Of a stretch of DNA of 64,000 bases, positions 19,732 to 29,804 are shown piece by piece. The notes under the pieces were generated by a model, which saw nothing but the letters and a program-made list of their open reading frames with translations, was not told the origin of the DNA and did no database searches. The stretch lies in NCBI GenBank assembly GCA_045106715.1, contig JBGCFC010000009.1:64001-128000 (forward strand), in the 5' to 3' direction. The stretch comes from Sandaracinaceae bacterium (lineage in GTDB: Bacteria > Myxococcota_A > Polyangia > Polyangiales > Sandaracinaceae). Both the position numbers and the translations under genes were made by a program. How positions within the stretch are numbered: position 1 is the stretch's first letter; the number at the start of each line of letters is the position of its first letter.

Positions 19732-20346
19732 TCAGCCGGCGACGGCGCGGATCGCGACGTTGACCCGGATCTCGTTGCTCACCTTGAGGCGAACGGGGAG
19801 CGGAATCGAAACGTTGTAGTCGGTCAGGCGGATGCGGAAGCTCGCCTGCGCGCGGATGGTGTCCGTCTCCACGCTCTCGTGAGAGGCGGGGATGAGGCGG
19901 ACCTGGGCGTTGGCGACGATGTCGTGGGTGACGCCGTGGATGCTAAAGCGGCCGTGGAGACGGACACGGGTAGACTGGTTCGGCTGGAGGGAGCTGGCGC
20001 CCTCGACGCGCGTGATCTCGAAGGTGGCGTTCGGGTTGGCGCCGGCGCCGAGCCAGTTGTCGCTGCGGAGATGCTCGTCCCGAAGGTCGATGCCCGTGCG
20101 GATCGAGGCCACTCGGACGTTGATCGTGCCGCGCGCGGCGGACAGGTTGCTCGGGTCGAGGCTGACGCTGCCCGTGACATGGCTGCTGACCCCCGTGATG
20201 GTCTCGAGCGGCGCGTCGGAGACAAACTGGATGCGGCTACCGCCGTCGTTGCGAATCTGGAAGTCGCGCGACTGGGCGGAGGCGACCGAGCTGAGGCCAA
20301 GGCCCAGCAGGGCGGCGAGGGCGAGGGTCGAAAGCGTCTTGTGCAT
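19732..20346 (-). CDS. YceI-like periplasmic protein (polyisoprenoid-binding fold)
   Basis: Signal peptide 'MHKTLSTLALAALLGLGLSSVASAQ' followed by a YceI-like beta-barrel pattern ('...ATFEITRVEG...HGRFSIHGVTHDI...'). Confidence 0.75.
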   Translation of the reverse strand: MHKTLSTLALAALLGLGLSSVASAQSRDFQIRNDGGSRIQFVSDAPLETITGVSSHVTGSVSLDPSNLSAARGTINVRVASIRTGIDLRDEHLRSDNWLGAGANPNATFEITRVEGASSLQPNQSTRVRLHGRFSIHGVTHDIVANAQVRLIPASHESVETDTIRAQASFRIRLTDYNVSIPLPVRLKVSNEIRVNVAIRAVAG

Positions 20347-20509
20347 GGGGGGGAGTCTCCTCGGTGAGTTCAGGCAGGCCACGGCCGGCAGACGGCGCGC
20401 GAGTGGCCCCGATTCATTTGAGTGGGGTACGCGGGAGCAGGGCGCTCGTTACGTGGCCGAATGCTCTCCCACAAGGGAGTTCGCGTCGAGGTCTGTCTTG
20501 GCCGCGGTC

Positions 20510-21334
20510 TCAGAGACGCCGCAGCGTGACGGTGCCGGGCTCGCGTGGCTCCGTGGCGGAGGAGTCGCGGTAGCGGAGCTGTTCCCCGTCGACGCAGTAC
20601 TCCCAGCGCTTGCCCGAGAAGCCCCCCACGATCTCGTTGCTCATCGTGCTGTACGTGTCCATGTCGTCGATCACCGTCGACAGCGACGCGGTGCACTCGC
20701 AGTTGCCGGTGCTGTCCGCGGTGCACGACGCCTCGTCGACGAGCCCCCGCATCGCGTCTTCCAGCATCGAGCAGCTGAAGAACGCCGCGCAGACCGCCGG
20801 AAAGAACAGGTCCGTCTCGACCACCGATTCGGCGACCCGATGAGCGGCTCCGGAAGACTCGAACCGTACACGCCCGCGTCCACGTCCCTCGCGACGGGTG
20901 ACCATCGCGCCCGGGCAGCTGGAGATCGCCGACTCGATGTCCACCTCGAAGCAGCCGCCGCTGAGATCCCATGTGCCGACGATGTCCCCACCGCAGGGGG
21001 TTAGCGCCGGGCAGCTGCCGACGGGTCCGACGGTGAGGTCCACCCAGTCGGGGGCGGGGCGAGACGGGTCGGGCCAAGTGAGCCCGGCGTCAGGGTCGGC
21101 GCCCGCGTCCGTGGTGCCGGCGTCGACCGCGCCCGAGTCAGAGGTGCCGGCGTCAGGTGGGCCGGAATCGACGAGGCCCGCGTCCGCCGCGCCGCCGTCG
21201 GGCAACGTGGATCCGTCGAGGCCAGGGACACGCGCATCGGTCGGCCCGGCGTCCGAATCGCCGCCGCCTCCACACCCGGTGGCAACAGCGACAAGCAGGA
21301 GCAATGGAACCCGTGAGGAGATGTTCATGCTCAT
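20510..21334 (-). CDS. Cys-rich (12 Cys) Asp/Gly-rich lipoprotein, hypothetical
   Basis: Lipobox 'VATGC' and an acidic low-complexity linker. The start lies 44 nt downstream of the DUF2063 gene stop on the same strand. Confidence 0.55.
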   Translation of the reverse strand: MSMNISSRVPLLLLVAVATGCGGGGDSDAGPTDARVPGLDGSTLPDGGAADAGLVDSGPPDAGTSDSGAVDAGTTDAGADPDAGLTWPDPSRPAPDWVDLTVGPVGSCPALTPCGGDIVGTWDLSGGCFEVDIESAISSCPGAMVTRREGRGRGRVRFESSGAAHRVAESVVETDLFFPAVCAAFFSCSMLEDAMRGLVDEASCTADSTGNCECTASLSTVIDDMDTYSTMSNEIVGGFSGKRWEYCVDGEQLRYRDSSATEPREPGTVTLRRL

Positions 21335-21378
21335 GAGTGGCGGCAGGCCCCGAGAGTTATCAACGGCAAGGCGAAACG

Positions 21379-22149
21379 CTACGCCGAACCGAGAATCAGA
21401 TCCTGCTCCACCAGGTCGGCCAACACCCCAGCCATGCCGTCGATGAAACGCGCGTCGGGCTCTCGCCCGAGGTCGGCCAGCACCCGGCGCACGCCGTCCG
21501 CGCAGCTCGTCCCTTCCTCGCTCGCTTCGCGCCAGGCGACAAAGAGCAACGCGCCGATGGGGTTGAGCACGTAGGTGGAGATTCGGGGGTTGCCTGGCTT
21601 CCGGTAGATGAGCGCGAGGTGCGGCTCCTCGAGGACCTCAGGAGACTCGCTGCTTTTGTCCACGCGATGGTGGAGGTCGAGCGTGCGCACCGTGCGGTTC
21701 CACACCGGAGGCCGCTCGAAGTCGAACTCCGGGTGCGTGCCGTCGGTCGGCTCACCGGGCAGAGATGCGACACGCCACTTGAGCGCCTCGAAGCGGGCCA
21801 GGTCGGGCAGGTGCGACGGCAGGGTCGGGTCGACCTCCCAGGCGGGGAGGGTGTGCGCGAGCAGCTCGTGAACGACCTCACGGATGAACCGACTCCGCGG
21901 TCCGTGGTCGGCCAAATACCCGGCGACCGCGTCCTCGAACATCGGCTCGCCGAGCACCGCCGCGGTCTTCGGGAGCCCGCTGCGAATCATCTCTCGCAGC
22001 CGAAAGCGGACCATGTGGCGGTAGAGTTTCCAGCGCTCGGGGTCGTCGTGCAGCGTGTCGAGGTCGGCTTTGGGCGGCTCGCGCTCCAAACACACGCGTG
22101 TGAACGCGCGCTCCAGCTCCGCGATCGTCGGGGCGGTGCCCTCACTCAT
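21379..22149 (-). CDS. DUF2063-family protein (partner subunit of MNIO/DUF692 enzymes)
   Basis: 256 aa starting 'MSEGTAPTIAELERAF'. The ATG at 22147-22149 overlaps the DUF692 stop (ATGA). Length and N-terminal helical region are typical of MbnC/TglI/BufC-like partners. Confidence 0.75.
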   Translation of the reverse strand: MSEGTAPTIAELERAFTRVCLEREPPKADLDTLHDDPERWKLYRHMVRFRLREMIRSGLPKTAAVLGEPMFEDAVAGYLADHGPRSRFIREVVHELLAHTLPAWEVDPTLPSHLPDLARFEALKWRVASLPGEPTDGTHPEFDFERPPVWNRTVRTLDLHHRVDKSSESPEVLEEPHLALIYRKPGNPRISTYVLNPIGALLFVAWREASEEGTSCADGVRRVLADLGREPDARFIDGMAGVLADLVEQDLILGSA

Positions 22150-23030
22150 CGGGCCACCGCCGATTCCCTTGCCGTGTGCCGCGCCTCGAACGCGGCGATC
22201 CCGCGCTGGTAGATGGTGTCGAGCTGCCTCACCTCGTCGAGCAGTTCCGCCAGCGGTGGGATGTTCTGGTCGCGCTCGAGAAGGACCGGTGTCGGCCCGA
22301 CGTGAGCCAGCGTGTACTCGAGCAACTCGAACACCCCTTCGCACACCGGTTCGCCGTGCGTGTCGATGATCAGGCCGTCCTTGCGGGTGAAATGTCCGGC
22401 GACATGCATCTGCACGACGCGCTCCCGCGGGATGCGATCGATGTACGGCTTTGGGTCGAACCCGTGATTCAGCGAGTTGACGTAGATGTTGTTCACGTCG
22501 AGCAGGAGCTTGCAGTCCGCCGCCTCGAGCACCTCGAGCAGGAAGTCCGGCTCGTCCCATCCGCCCCGCTCCGCCGGGTCGGCGTAGAAGCTGATGTTCT
22601 CGATCGCCACGGGGCGCTCGATGGCGTCGCGCAGTTCTGTGACGCGCGCGGCCACGACGTCGACCGCCTCTCGGGTGAAAGGCAGTGGAAGGAGATCGTG
22701 GAGGTAGAGCCCGTCGATGCCGGCGAAGCAGAGGTGGTCGCTGTACCAAGGCGCGTCGACCTCATCGAGCAGCACCTTGAGTGACTTCACGTAGCCCGGC
22801 TCGAACGGCGACGTGGTCCCGAAACACAGGGTCAGGCCGTGGGGGACGACCGGCCATCCCTCCTGCGCCTTCTCCAGGTTCATACGGAAACGCCCGCCCC
22901 TGTCCACGTAGTTCTCGGGATGGATCTCCAGCCAGTTCACTTCGTTGGGCGCCTGCTCGAAGAACGCATCCGCCATGTCGTGACGGAGCCCAAGCCCCAC
23001 GCCCTCTGCCGCCTGTCGTTCAGCCATCAT
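22146..23030 (-). CDS. DUF692 / multinuclear non-heme iron oxidase (MNIO, MbnB/TglH/BufB-like TIM-barrel enzyme)
   Basis: 'MMAERQAAEGVGLGLRHDMADAFFE...NWLEIHPENY...', 'WYSDHLCF' and 'IENISFY' match the DUF692 xylose-isomerase-like TIM barrel. The start was taken at the MM codons at 23025-23030, traced codon by codon. Confidence 0.85.
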   Translation of the reverse strand: MMAERQAAEGVGLGLRHDMADAFFEQAPNEVNWLEIHPENYVDRGGRFRMNLEKAQEGWPVVPHGLTLCFGTTSPFEPGYVKSLKVLLDEVDAPWYSDHLCFAGIDGLYLHDLLPLPFTREAVDVVAARVTELRDAIERPVAIENISFYADPAERGGWDEPDFLLEVLEAADCKLLLDVNNIYVNSLNHGFDPKPYIDRIPRERVVQMHVAGHFTRKDGLIIDTHGEPVCEGVFELLEYTLAHVGPTPVLLERDQNIPPLAELLDEVRQLDTIYQRGIAAFEARHTARESAVAR

Positions 23031-23080
23031 CGGTAGGTATGCCTCGAAATCGATTCGGATACAGGCCGTTAACGCAAGAA

Positions 23081-23108
23081 CGCGGGAGATCCCGAAGGTT
23101 CTCCCGCG
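23081..23108 (-). terminator. GC-rich hairpin (9-bp perfect stem 'cgcgggaga/tctcccgcg') between precursor and MNIO genes; putative attenuator/partial terminator
   Basis: Palindrome read from the sequence. On the minus-strand RNA it is followed by 'UUCUUGCGUU'. Confidence 0.4.
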
Positions 23109-23162
23109 AACTCGCTCCGCGCCGGACGAGCCGGCTCGGGTCAAACGATCACGTCAGCGTGA

Positions 23163-23450
23163 TCACTCACTCTCTTCAGCGGCGCCGCAGCTGCCAGCGC
23201 CGCAGGACGCCTCGGCACCCGCCTCTTCGCCACCCTCGGACGCACCCTCTTCGGACGCGCCGGAGCAGGACGCCTCGCCGGCACCGCTGCAGGACGCCTC
23301 GCCGCTTCCGCTGCAGGACGCTTCGCCGCCACCGGTCTCGGTCTCGCCGCCACCTTCGCCGCCGGCGTCGCCGCCGCCACAGCCGTACGCCGTGAGGCCA
23401 AGAGTCGCCGCCGCAATCGCTACGAGTGAGGTCTTGAGCTTCGTGTTCAT
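23163..23450 (-). CDS. exported acidic Cys-repeat peptide; candidate MNIO (RiPP) precursor
   Basis: The 95-aa product is 'MNTKLKTSLVAIAAATLGLTAYGCGGG...GEASCSGSGEASCSGAGEASCSGASEEG...EASCGAGSCGAAEESE'. It has a Sec or lipoprotein signal, 6 Cys and tandem 21-nt repeats. The ATG at 23448-23450 is preceded by 'GGGGAG'. It lies directly upstream of the MNIO gene on the same strand. Confidence 0.6.
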   Translation of the reverse strand: MNTKLKTSLVAIAAATLGLTAYGCGGGDAGGEGGGETETGGGEASCSGSGEASCSGAGEASCSGASEEGASEGGEEAGAEASCGAGSCGAAEESE

Positions 23451-23832
23451 TTCCAAAATTCTCCCCGAACCAATCACAAGGGTTCGATTGGGCCGCTCGG
23501 ACGACACTCGTCAGTAGCGACCGTCTGATGAGGTCGATGCGCATCTTACGCCAGATCAACCTCGGAGTTACAAGTACCTAACGAACATTTTCTGCCGATG
23601 CGGACCGAAACCCAGGCGTTTCGTAGGAGAGGTTCCCACATGGGACTACCCCCCTCGTCGGACAAACCGTCCAATGCGCTCAGAACGGCCTGGCCCCGGC
23701 CCACCCGGGTTGTGCGCACACGCCGATTACGACGCTGCGCGCCGTTCGGATCGAGGCGTGCCCGCGCCAACGCAGCGCGGTGGGGTCTCCGATCCACCCG
23801 GGTCCGATCGACGCGGGGTCCGATCGACGCGG

Positions 23833-25662
23833 TCAGATCGAGGGTGGCAGCAGAAGCGTGAACGCGCCGCTCTCGTCGGTCACCGCGCGGCCGATCTGGA
23901 TGGCGCGGGTCGATGTGTCGGTGCTCTCGACGATCGCGTAGGCCCGCACCTCGGCGCCGACGGCGAGCGCGGTCCCTTCGAAGCGCGCCACGCCGGTCAT
24001 CGTCACGGGCGTCGCCAGCTCGAAGACGTTGTTGAGCGGCGCGGCCGACCCCCCGATCGGCTGGTCGGGGACGACGAGCCACGGGTAGTTGGAGCCGCCC
24101 GCGGGCTCGACCACGACGTCGTAGACGCCCACGTCGAGGTTGACGTTGAACACGCCGTCGAGGTCGGTGACGGTGCTGCTGGACCGTGCGAGTGAGGCGA
24201 TCGGTCCGAGCATGCCCATCCAGTCGACGCCGCGGGGACGCGCCCGGATCTGAGCGGCCTCGAACCCGACCGCTTCGGGCGTGCGCACGACTCCGCCGTA
24301 CTGAGCGCGGAACGGGACCTGGAACACTTGGCCGCGCACCTCGCCTTGCTCCGGGCCGATGCGAACCGTCTGCCGCAGGATGCGCAGCGTCTCGCCGATC
24401 TCCGACGACGCCTCGGGCGTGACGACGACGTCGTAGGTGGCTTGCTCCTCCGCGGTGCCGGGCAGGAGCTGCACCTCGAAGCGCCCCGCGTCTTCGCCGA
24501 CACCTGTTGTGGTGCTGGTGCGGAAGCTCCCCACGACGCCCGTCTCGCCGTCCACGACGTTCAACGCGCTGAGGCTGACCGAGGCGTTCTCGACCGGGCG
24601 GCCCCGATCGTCCTCGACGAGCCCCTGGTAGGTCACGATGGTGCCCACCTCCGGGGTCAGGATGGTGACCATGCCGCCGACCTCGAAGAGCGAGCTCGGG
24701 TCCGCGCTGAAGGTGGGGCTCGGGCCCTCTTCTTCGATGCGTTCCGCGCTGGGCGTTACGGTGTAGAGCCAGTCGTTGGCGCGCCACGCGGCGAGCGGGA
24801 GCACGACGCGGAAGGTGCCAGCTTCCACGTCCTCTGCCGTGTCGGCCCCGGTTGTGTACACGGACGACAGCAGCTGGTTGGTCTCCGCGCGCACGACGCG
24901 GACGATCATCTGGTCCTGGGGCTCGCCCTCTCCGTCGACCACGGTCCCGCTCATCTCGACCAGGCAGTCCGCCTCGGCCGAGGGGTCTTCCATGACGGCG
25001 CTGGTGCACAAGTCGGGGTAGTTGAGGAAGTCGAGGAACGCGCTGTCGCTCCCGCTCGGGCTGCGGTAGGTCGCGCCGACTCGGAGCGGAGGGCGCCTCG
25101 CGGCCCATGCGCCGGTCGGGGTGACCGTGATGTCGTAGTCGCGGCCCGGCAGCAGGCTGACGGTGAGGTTGCTGTTCCGGTTCTCGCCGTCCTGGGTGAC
25201 CTCTTCCACCGCCTGCGCGCTCAGCCGCGTCGACGGGCCGGCTTCGAAGGCGCTCTGGAGGTTGAACGTCACCGTGGCGGTGATGGCCTCCTCGGTCCGG
25301 GTGTCCCACACCAGCCCGCTGGTGCGGACGGGCTCGGGCAGCACGAGCAGTCGCGGCTCATCCTCGGGGCCATCGAGCTCGAAGCTCTCGAAGCTCACCA
25401 GGATGGGCGTGCCGCCCGCGGCGGTCGTCTCCGGGAGCACCTCGAGCCCGATCCGGATCGGCTCGCGAACCTCGGTCGTGCACATGCCGAGCTCGACGTC
25501 GCAGGTGCCGGTCCGGCAGTCGCCATCGCCTTCGCATCGGTTGGCGAGTGGGGGCGCGTCGGCAAAGCTGCACCCGTATTGCGAACCGAGCGCGAGTGCC
25601 AGCACGGCCGCCGCTGAGAACCCGAGGGCGGCACGAAGCCGCGCTGAACTCAAGCCGGTCAT
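23833..25662 (-). CDS. large secreted/lipoprotein, beta-rich, hypothetical
   Basis: ATG at 25660-25662 gives 'MTGLSSARLRAALGFSAAAVLALALGSQYGC'. The Thr/Val/Glu-rich composition suggests a beta-sandwich. The start overlaps the upstream gene stop (ATGA). Confidence 0.6.
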   Translation of the reverse strand: MTGLSSARLRAALGFSAAAVLALALGSQYGCSFADAPPLANRCEGDGDCRTGTCDVELGMCTTEVREPIRIGLEVLPETTAAGGTPILVSFESFELDGPEDEPRLLVLPEPVRTSGLVWDTRTEEAITATVTFNLQSAFEAGPSTRLSAQAVEEVTQDGENRNSNLTVSLLPGRDYDITVTPTGAWAARRPPLRVGATYRSPSGSDSAFLDFLNYPDLCTSAVMEDPSAEADCLVEMSGTVVDGEGEPQDQMIVRVVRAETNQLLSSVYTTGADTAEDVEAGTFRVVLPLAAWRANDWLYTVTPSAERIEEEGPSPTFSADPSSLFEVGGMVTILTPEVGTIVTYQGLVEDDRGRPVENASVSLSALNVVDGETGVVGSFRTSTTTGVGEDAGRFEVQLLPGTAEEQATYDVVVTPEASSEIGETLRILRQTVRIGPEQGEVRGQVFQVPFRAQYGGVVRTPEAVGFEAAQIRARPRGVDWMGMLGPIASLARSSSTVTDLDGVFNVNLDVGVYDVVVEPAGGSNYPWLVVPDQPIGGSAAPLNNVFELATPVTMTGVARFEGTALAVGAEVRAYAIVESTDTSTRAIQIGRAVTDESGAFTLLLPPSI

Positions 25663-26252
25663 TGACTGCCCGCGCAAGTGGTCATGTCGGGGGTGGGGTT
25701 GCCGTCGTTGAAGCCGCCGACGAACCACACCCCAATGCCCAGATCGCGTCGGGTCCCCTCCATCATGCCGTCCTCGACCGGTTCGAGGCTGGGGAGGTTT
25801 TGGAACTCGCGGCTGACGTGCAGCTCGATCCGGTTGCAGTTTGGAACCAAGTCGGCCCGGGAGACGGTGAACTCGATGCGCCGCTCCAGCGTCCCCGCGG
25901 AACCATCGATGTCGATCTCGGTGACCGTACCCGGTCCCTCGTCACGATTTAGGTTCACGTAGATGCGCCCCTCGAGCTCGTCGAGGAGGTTGGCGTCTCG
26001 CACGATGGCCGAGATCGTCACGTCACGCGTGAAGGGGCTGGCCGCCCCACTGTCTCCGGGGAACGGATTGTCAATGGGGCCCACCTGGCGCGTGATGGTC
26101 TGAAACATCGGCGTCGTTGCGGTTCCGTGCACCGAGGGCGGGAAGTTCGCCGGCTCGTCGAACGACGGTTCCTGTGTGATGAGGCAGCCCATGAGGGAAG
26201 TGGTGGAGACCGATCCGAAGCACACCGCGAGAGCGAGAAGCGAACGGCTCAC
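25659..26252 (-). CDS. lipoprotein, hypothetical
   Basis: GTG at 26250-26252 preceded by 'AGAGGA', giving 'VSRSLLALAVCFGSVSTTSLMGC'. Confidence 0.45.
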   Translation of the reverse strand: MSRSLLALAVCFGSVSTTSLMGCLITQEPSFDEPANFPPSVHGTATTPMFQTITRQVGPIDNPFPGDSGAASPFTRDVTISAIVRDANLLDELEGRIYVNLNRDEGPGTVTEIDIDGSAGTLERRIEFTVSRADLVPNCNRIELHVSREFQNLPSLEPVEDGMMEGTRRDLGIGVWFVGGFNDGNPTPDMTTCAGSQ

Positions 26253-26391
26253 CCACGATCCTCTAGCAATGTGAGTGCCACGCACCGATGCACGCGAGAT
26301 CGAAACGGTCTCGGTGGAAGAATCAGAGCTGGCGGCACGAAGCTGCGACATCGATGTCAGGGACCCGGTGGGAGCGCGAGGAGCGCAAATC

Positions 26392-28218
<1,827 letters not shown>

Positions 28219-28332
28219 GCCGGGGAGGATACCCGACGCCGGGCGCCTGTGTCCGCTTCGGCGCGGTGTCCGCGCCAACGGAAGGGCGTGGACCGGCAAC
28301 CGGGGCGGTCGTTGTGCCGATGAGCCGGCCGT

Positions 28333-29202
28333 ATGCAGAAGGTCTGGCTCCTGTCGTGTCTCGCCGTCTCCCTCGCGCTCCCGCTGACTCCGCCGTCGCC
28401 GGCGAGCGCTCAGCTGCTCGACCGGGTGGCGCGCTCGGCGCGGGGTGATCGGCTGTCAGGGCGCTCGCGCTCGCGTCGCCGCGGTGGGGCCCGAGCGCAC
28501 CCATGGCAGGACCATGGGGATGCCGCCATGCTCGAGGCGCTCCTCTATCCTTTCTTCGGTCCGGTATTCGCCACGGGGGACCGCTGGGGGCCCGAGTGGT
28601 GGCTGGCGGATCATCCGTACGCGGACGGTGTTGATGGCTACGCCGTGTACTTGCCGGTCGATGGCAGCGACCTGGACGCGCCGCCCGTGCAGGACATCGC
28701 CGTGTCGGCCAGCGCGGAGGGAGGCTACCTGCTCGGGGATGCCGGGCGCAGCGCGCTGGAGCTTCGGGTCATGCTGCCCGATCGTTTCGAGATCGATGTG
28801 AGAAGCGCCGTGCTGTTCGAGCCGCGGCCCGCGGGCACATGGTCATTGGCCGGGATGCAGACGCTGCACCTCGGGCTTCGGTTCGCCCAGGACGCGAACT
28901 GGCAGTTTCATGTGGGGATGGGGGCGCGGCTGTTTCACGACCGGCAGGGCGCGATGCCGGGCTTCGACTTTCGCTACCAGGTGGACGTGTTCCCCGCCCG
29001 CCCGTGGGTGGTGAGCGTGCGGCTCTCGCTGGGCAACCTGGGTCGCGCGCTGACGGTGGGCGGGCGGGTGACGATCGGCCTCGCGCTGGGGCCGGTGGAA
29101 GTGCTCGTCGGCTACGACCATCTGGCGGTCATCGACGGTGTGGACCACAGCCGCTCGGTGGACCTGAGCGGGCCGATCGGGGGCCTTCGGATCTGGATCT
29201 GA
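28333..29202 (+). CDS. secreted hypothetical protein (possible beta-barrel)
   Basis: Signal peptide 'MQKVWLLSCLAVSLALPLTPPSPASAQ'. The Gly/aromatic-rich C-terminal half ends 'GGLRIWI'. Confidence 0.45.
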   Translation: MQKVWLLSCLAVSLALPLTPPSPASAQLLDRVARSARGDRLSGRSRSRRRGGARAHPWQDHGDAAMLEALLYPFFGPVFATGDRWGPEWWLADHPYADGVDGYAVYLPVDGSDLDAPPVQDIAVSASAEGGYLLGDAGRSALELRVMLPDRFEIDVRSAVLFEPRPAGTWSLAGMQTLHLGLRFAQDANWQFHVGMGARLFHDRQGAMPGFDFRYQVDVFPARPWVVSVRLSLGNLGRALTVGGRVTIGLALGPVEVLVGYDHLAVIDGVDHSRSVDLSGPIGGLRIWI

Positions 29203-29209
29203 GTCCACG

Positions 29210-29776
29210 TCACTCGGTCCAGCGCAGCACGAACTCCATGTGATCATCGCCGTCTTGCCCGCCGTTGAGCAGGTTTACGGAGAGGGTCTCCGCGCCCATG
29301 CTCACGAGCACGCCCTCCACGCCGCCGATGAAGTCCCACCACATGAGGTGCGAGTACCCCGGGAACTCGGTGAGCCGATAGTGCATACGCCCCGGTTCCG
29401 CGCTGACGACGTCGATGTGGCCGCCATCGATGTAGCGCGCCGCGACCCGCCTCGACTGCGCCGCGGCGAGCTCGGGCGAAAAGAAGAGGCGCATCACACG
29501 AAAGACGGTCTTGAAGTCCGACTTCAACGCGTCCCGCGAGAGCCCCCGGATGGTCTGCGCGCCGCCGCCGATCTCGGTCGCGATGCAGCCCAGCAGCTCG
29601 CCGTACCAGGATGCCGGGTACCAGGCGCTCACGAGGATGCCGCCGAACTCGAGCGTCTGCCTCAGCTCGCCCGTCACGGACGCCTCGACGTGCGCGCGTG
29701 CATCTTCGCCGTGCTGCTTCTCCAGCGCGGCGAGAATGGTGCGGAAGTTCAGCCCCTTGAGCTTCCTCTCGGTCAC
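29210..29776 (-). CDS. hypothetical protein (myxobacterial DUF-type)
   Basis: 188 aa with balanced composition ('WYPASWYGELLGCIATEIGGG...MWWDFIGGVEGVL'). No catalytic motif recognised. Confidence 0.45.
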   Translation of the reverse strand: MTERKLKGLNFRTILAALEKQHGEDARAHVEASVTGELRQTLEFGGILVSAWYPASWYGELLGCIATEIGGGAQTIRGLSRDALKSDFKTVFRVMRLFFSPELAAAQSRRVAARYIDGGHIDVVSAEPGRMHYRLTEFPGYSHLMWWDFIGGVEGVLVSMGAETLSVNLLNGGQDGDDHMEFVLRWTE

Positions 29777-29804
29777 GACATGGCGAGCGTATCAGCTCGC
29801 GACG

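Noticed and set aside
21379-22749. Long form (456 aa) of the DUF2063 ORF
   Set aside because: The upstream 200 residues are Arg/Gly-rich and overlap the DUF692 gene in another frame. The ATG at 22147-22149 forms an ATGA overlap with the DUF692 stop and gives a plausible 256-aa DUF2063-sized protein.
22146-23144. Long form (332 aa) of the DUF692 ORF starting at 23144
   Set aside because: DUF692 TIM barrels begin near the 'GLGLR' strand. The 37 extra N-terminal residues are not domain-like and would remove the conserved intergenic hairpin. The start was therefore set at the Met-Met at 23025-23030, though 23144 cannot be excluded.
22781-23416. Plus-strand ORF 22781..23395 and minus ORFs 23141..23416 / 23176..23559 overlapping the precursor
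   Set aside because: All are Arg-rich alternative frames of the GC-rich repeat DNA. Only frame 23163..23450(-) yields a signal peptide plus a regular Cys-repeat core, with an SD-like 'GGGGAG' before its ATG.
23451-23832. Possible sigma-54 or sigma-70 promoter for the precursor operon
   Set aside because: Only weak matches were found: 'TGGGTT-N5-CCGCA', and 'TTGTAA-N19-TAAGAT' with 19-nt spacing. I cannot call a promoter confidently without a PWM scan or transcript mapping.
23546-25309. 587-aa minus-strand ORF (His/Arg/Gly-rich) overlapping 23833..25662
   Set aside because: It is an alternative frame of the real secreted-protein gene. Its composition is implausible ('GHPDRGGHHRHGD...').
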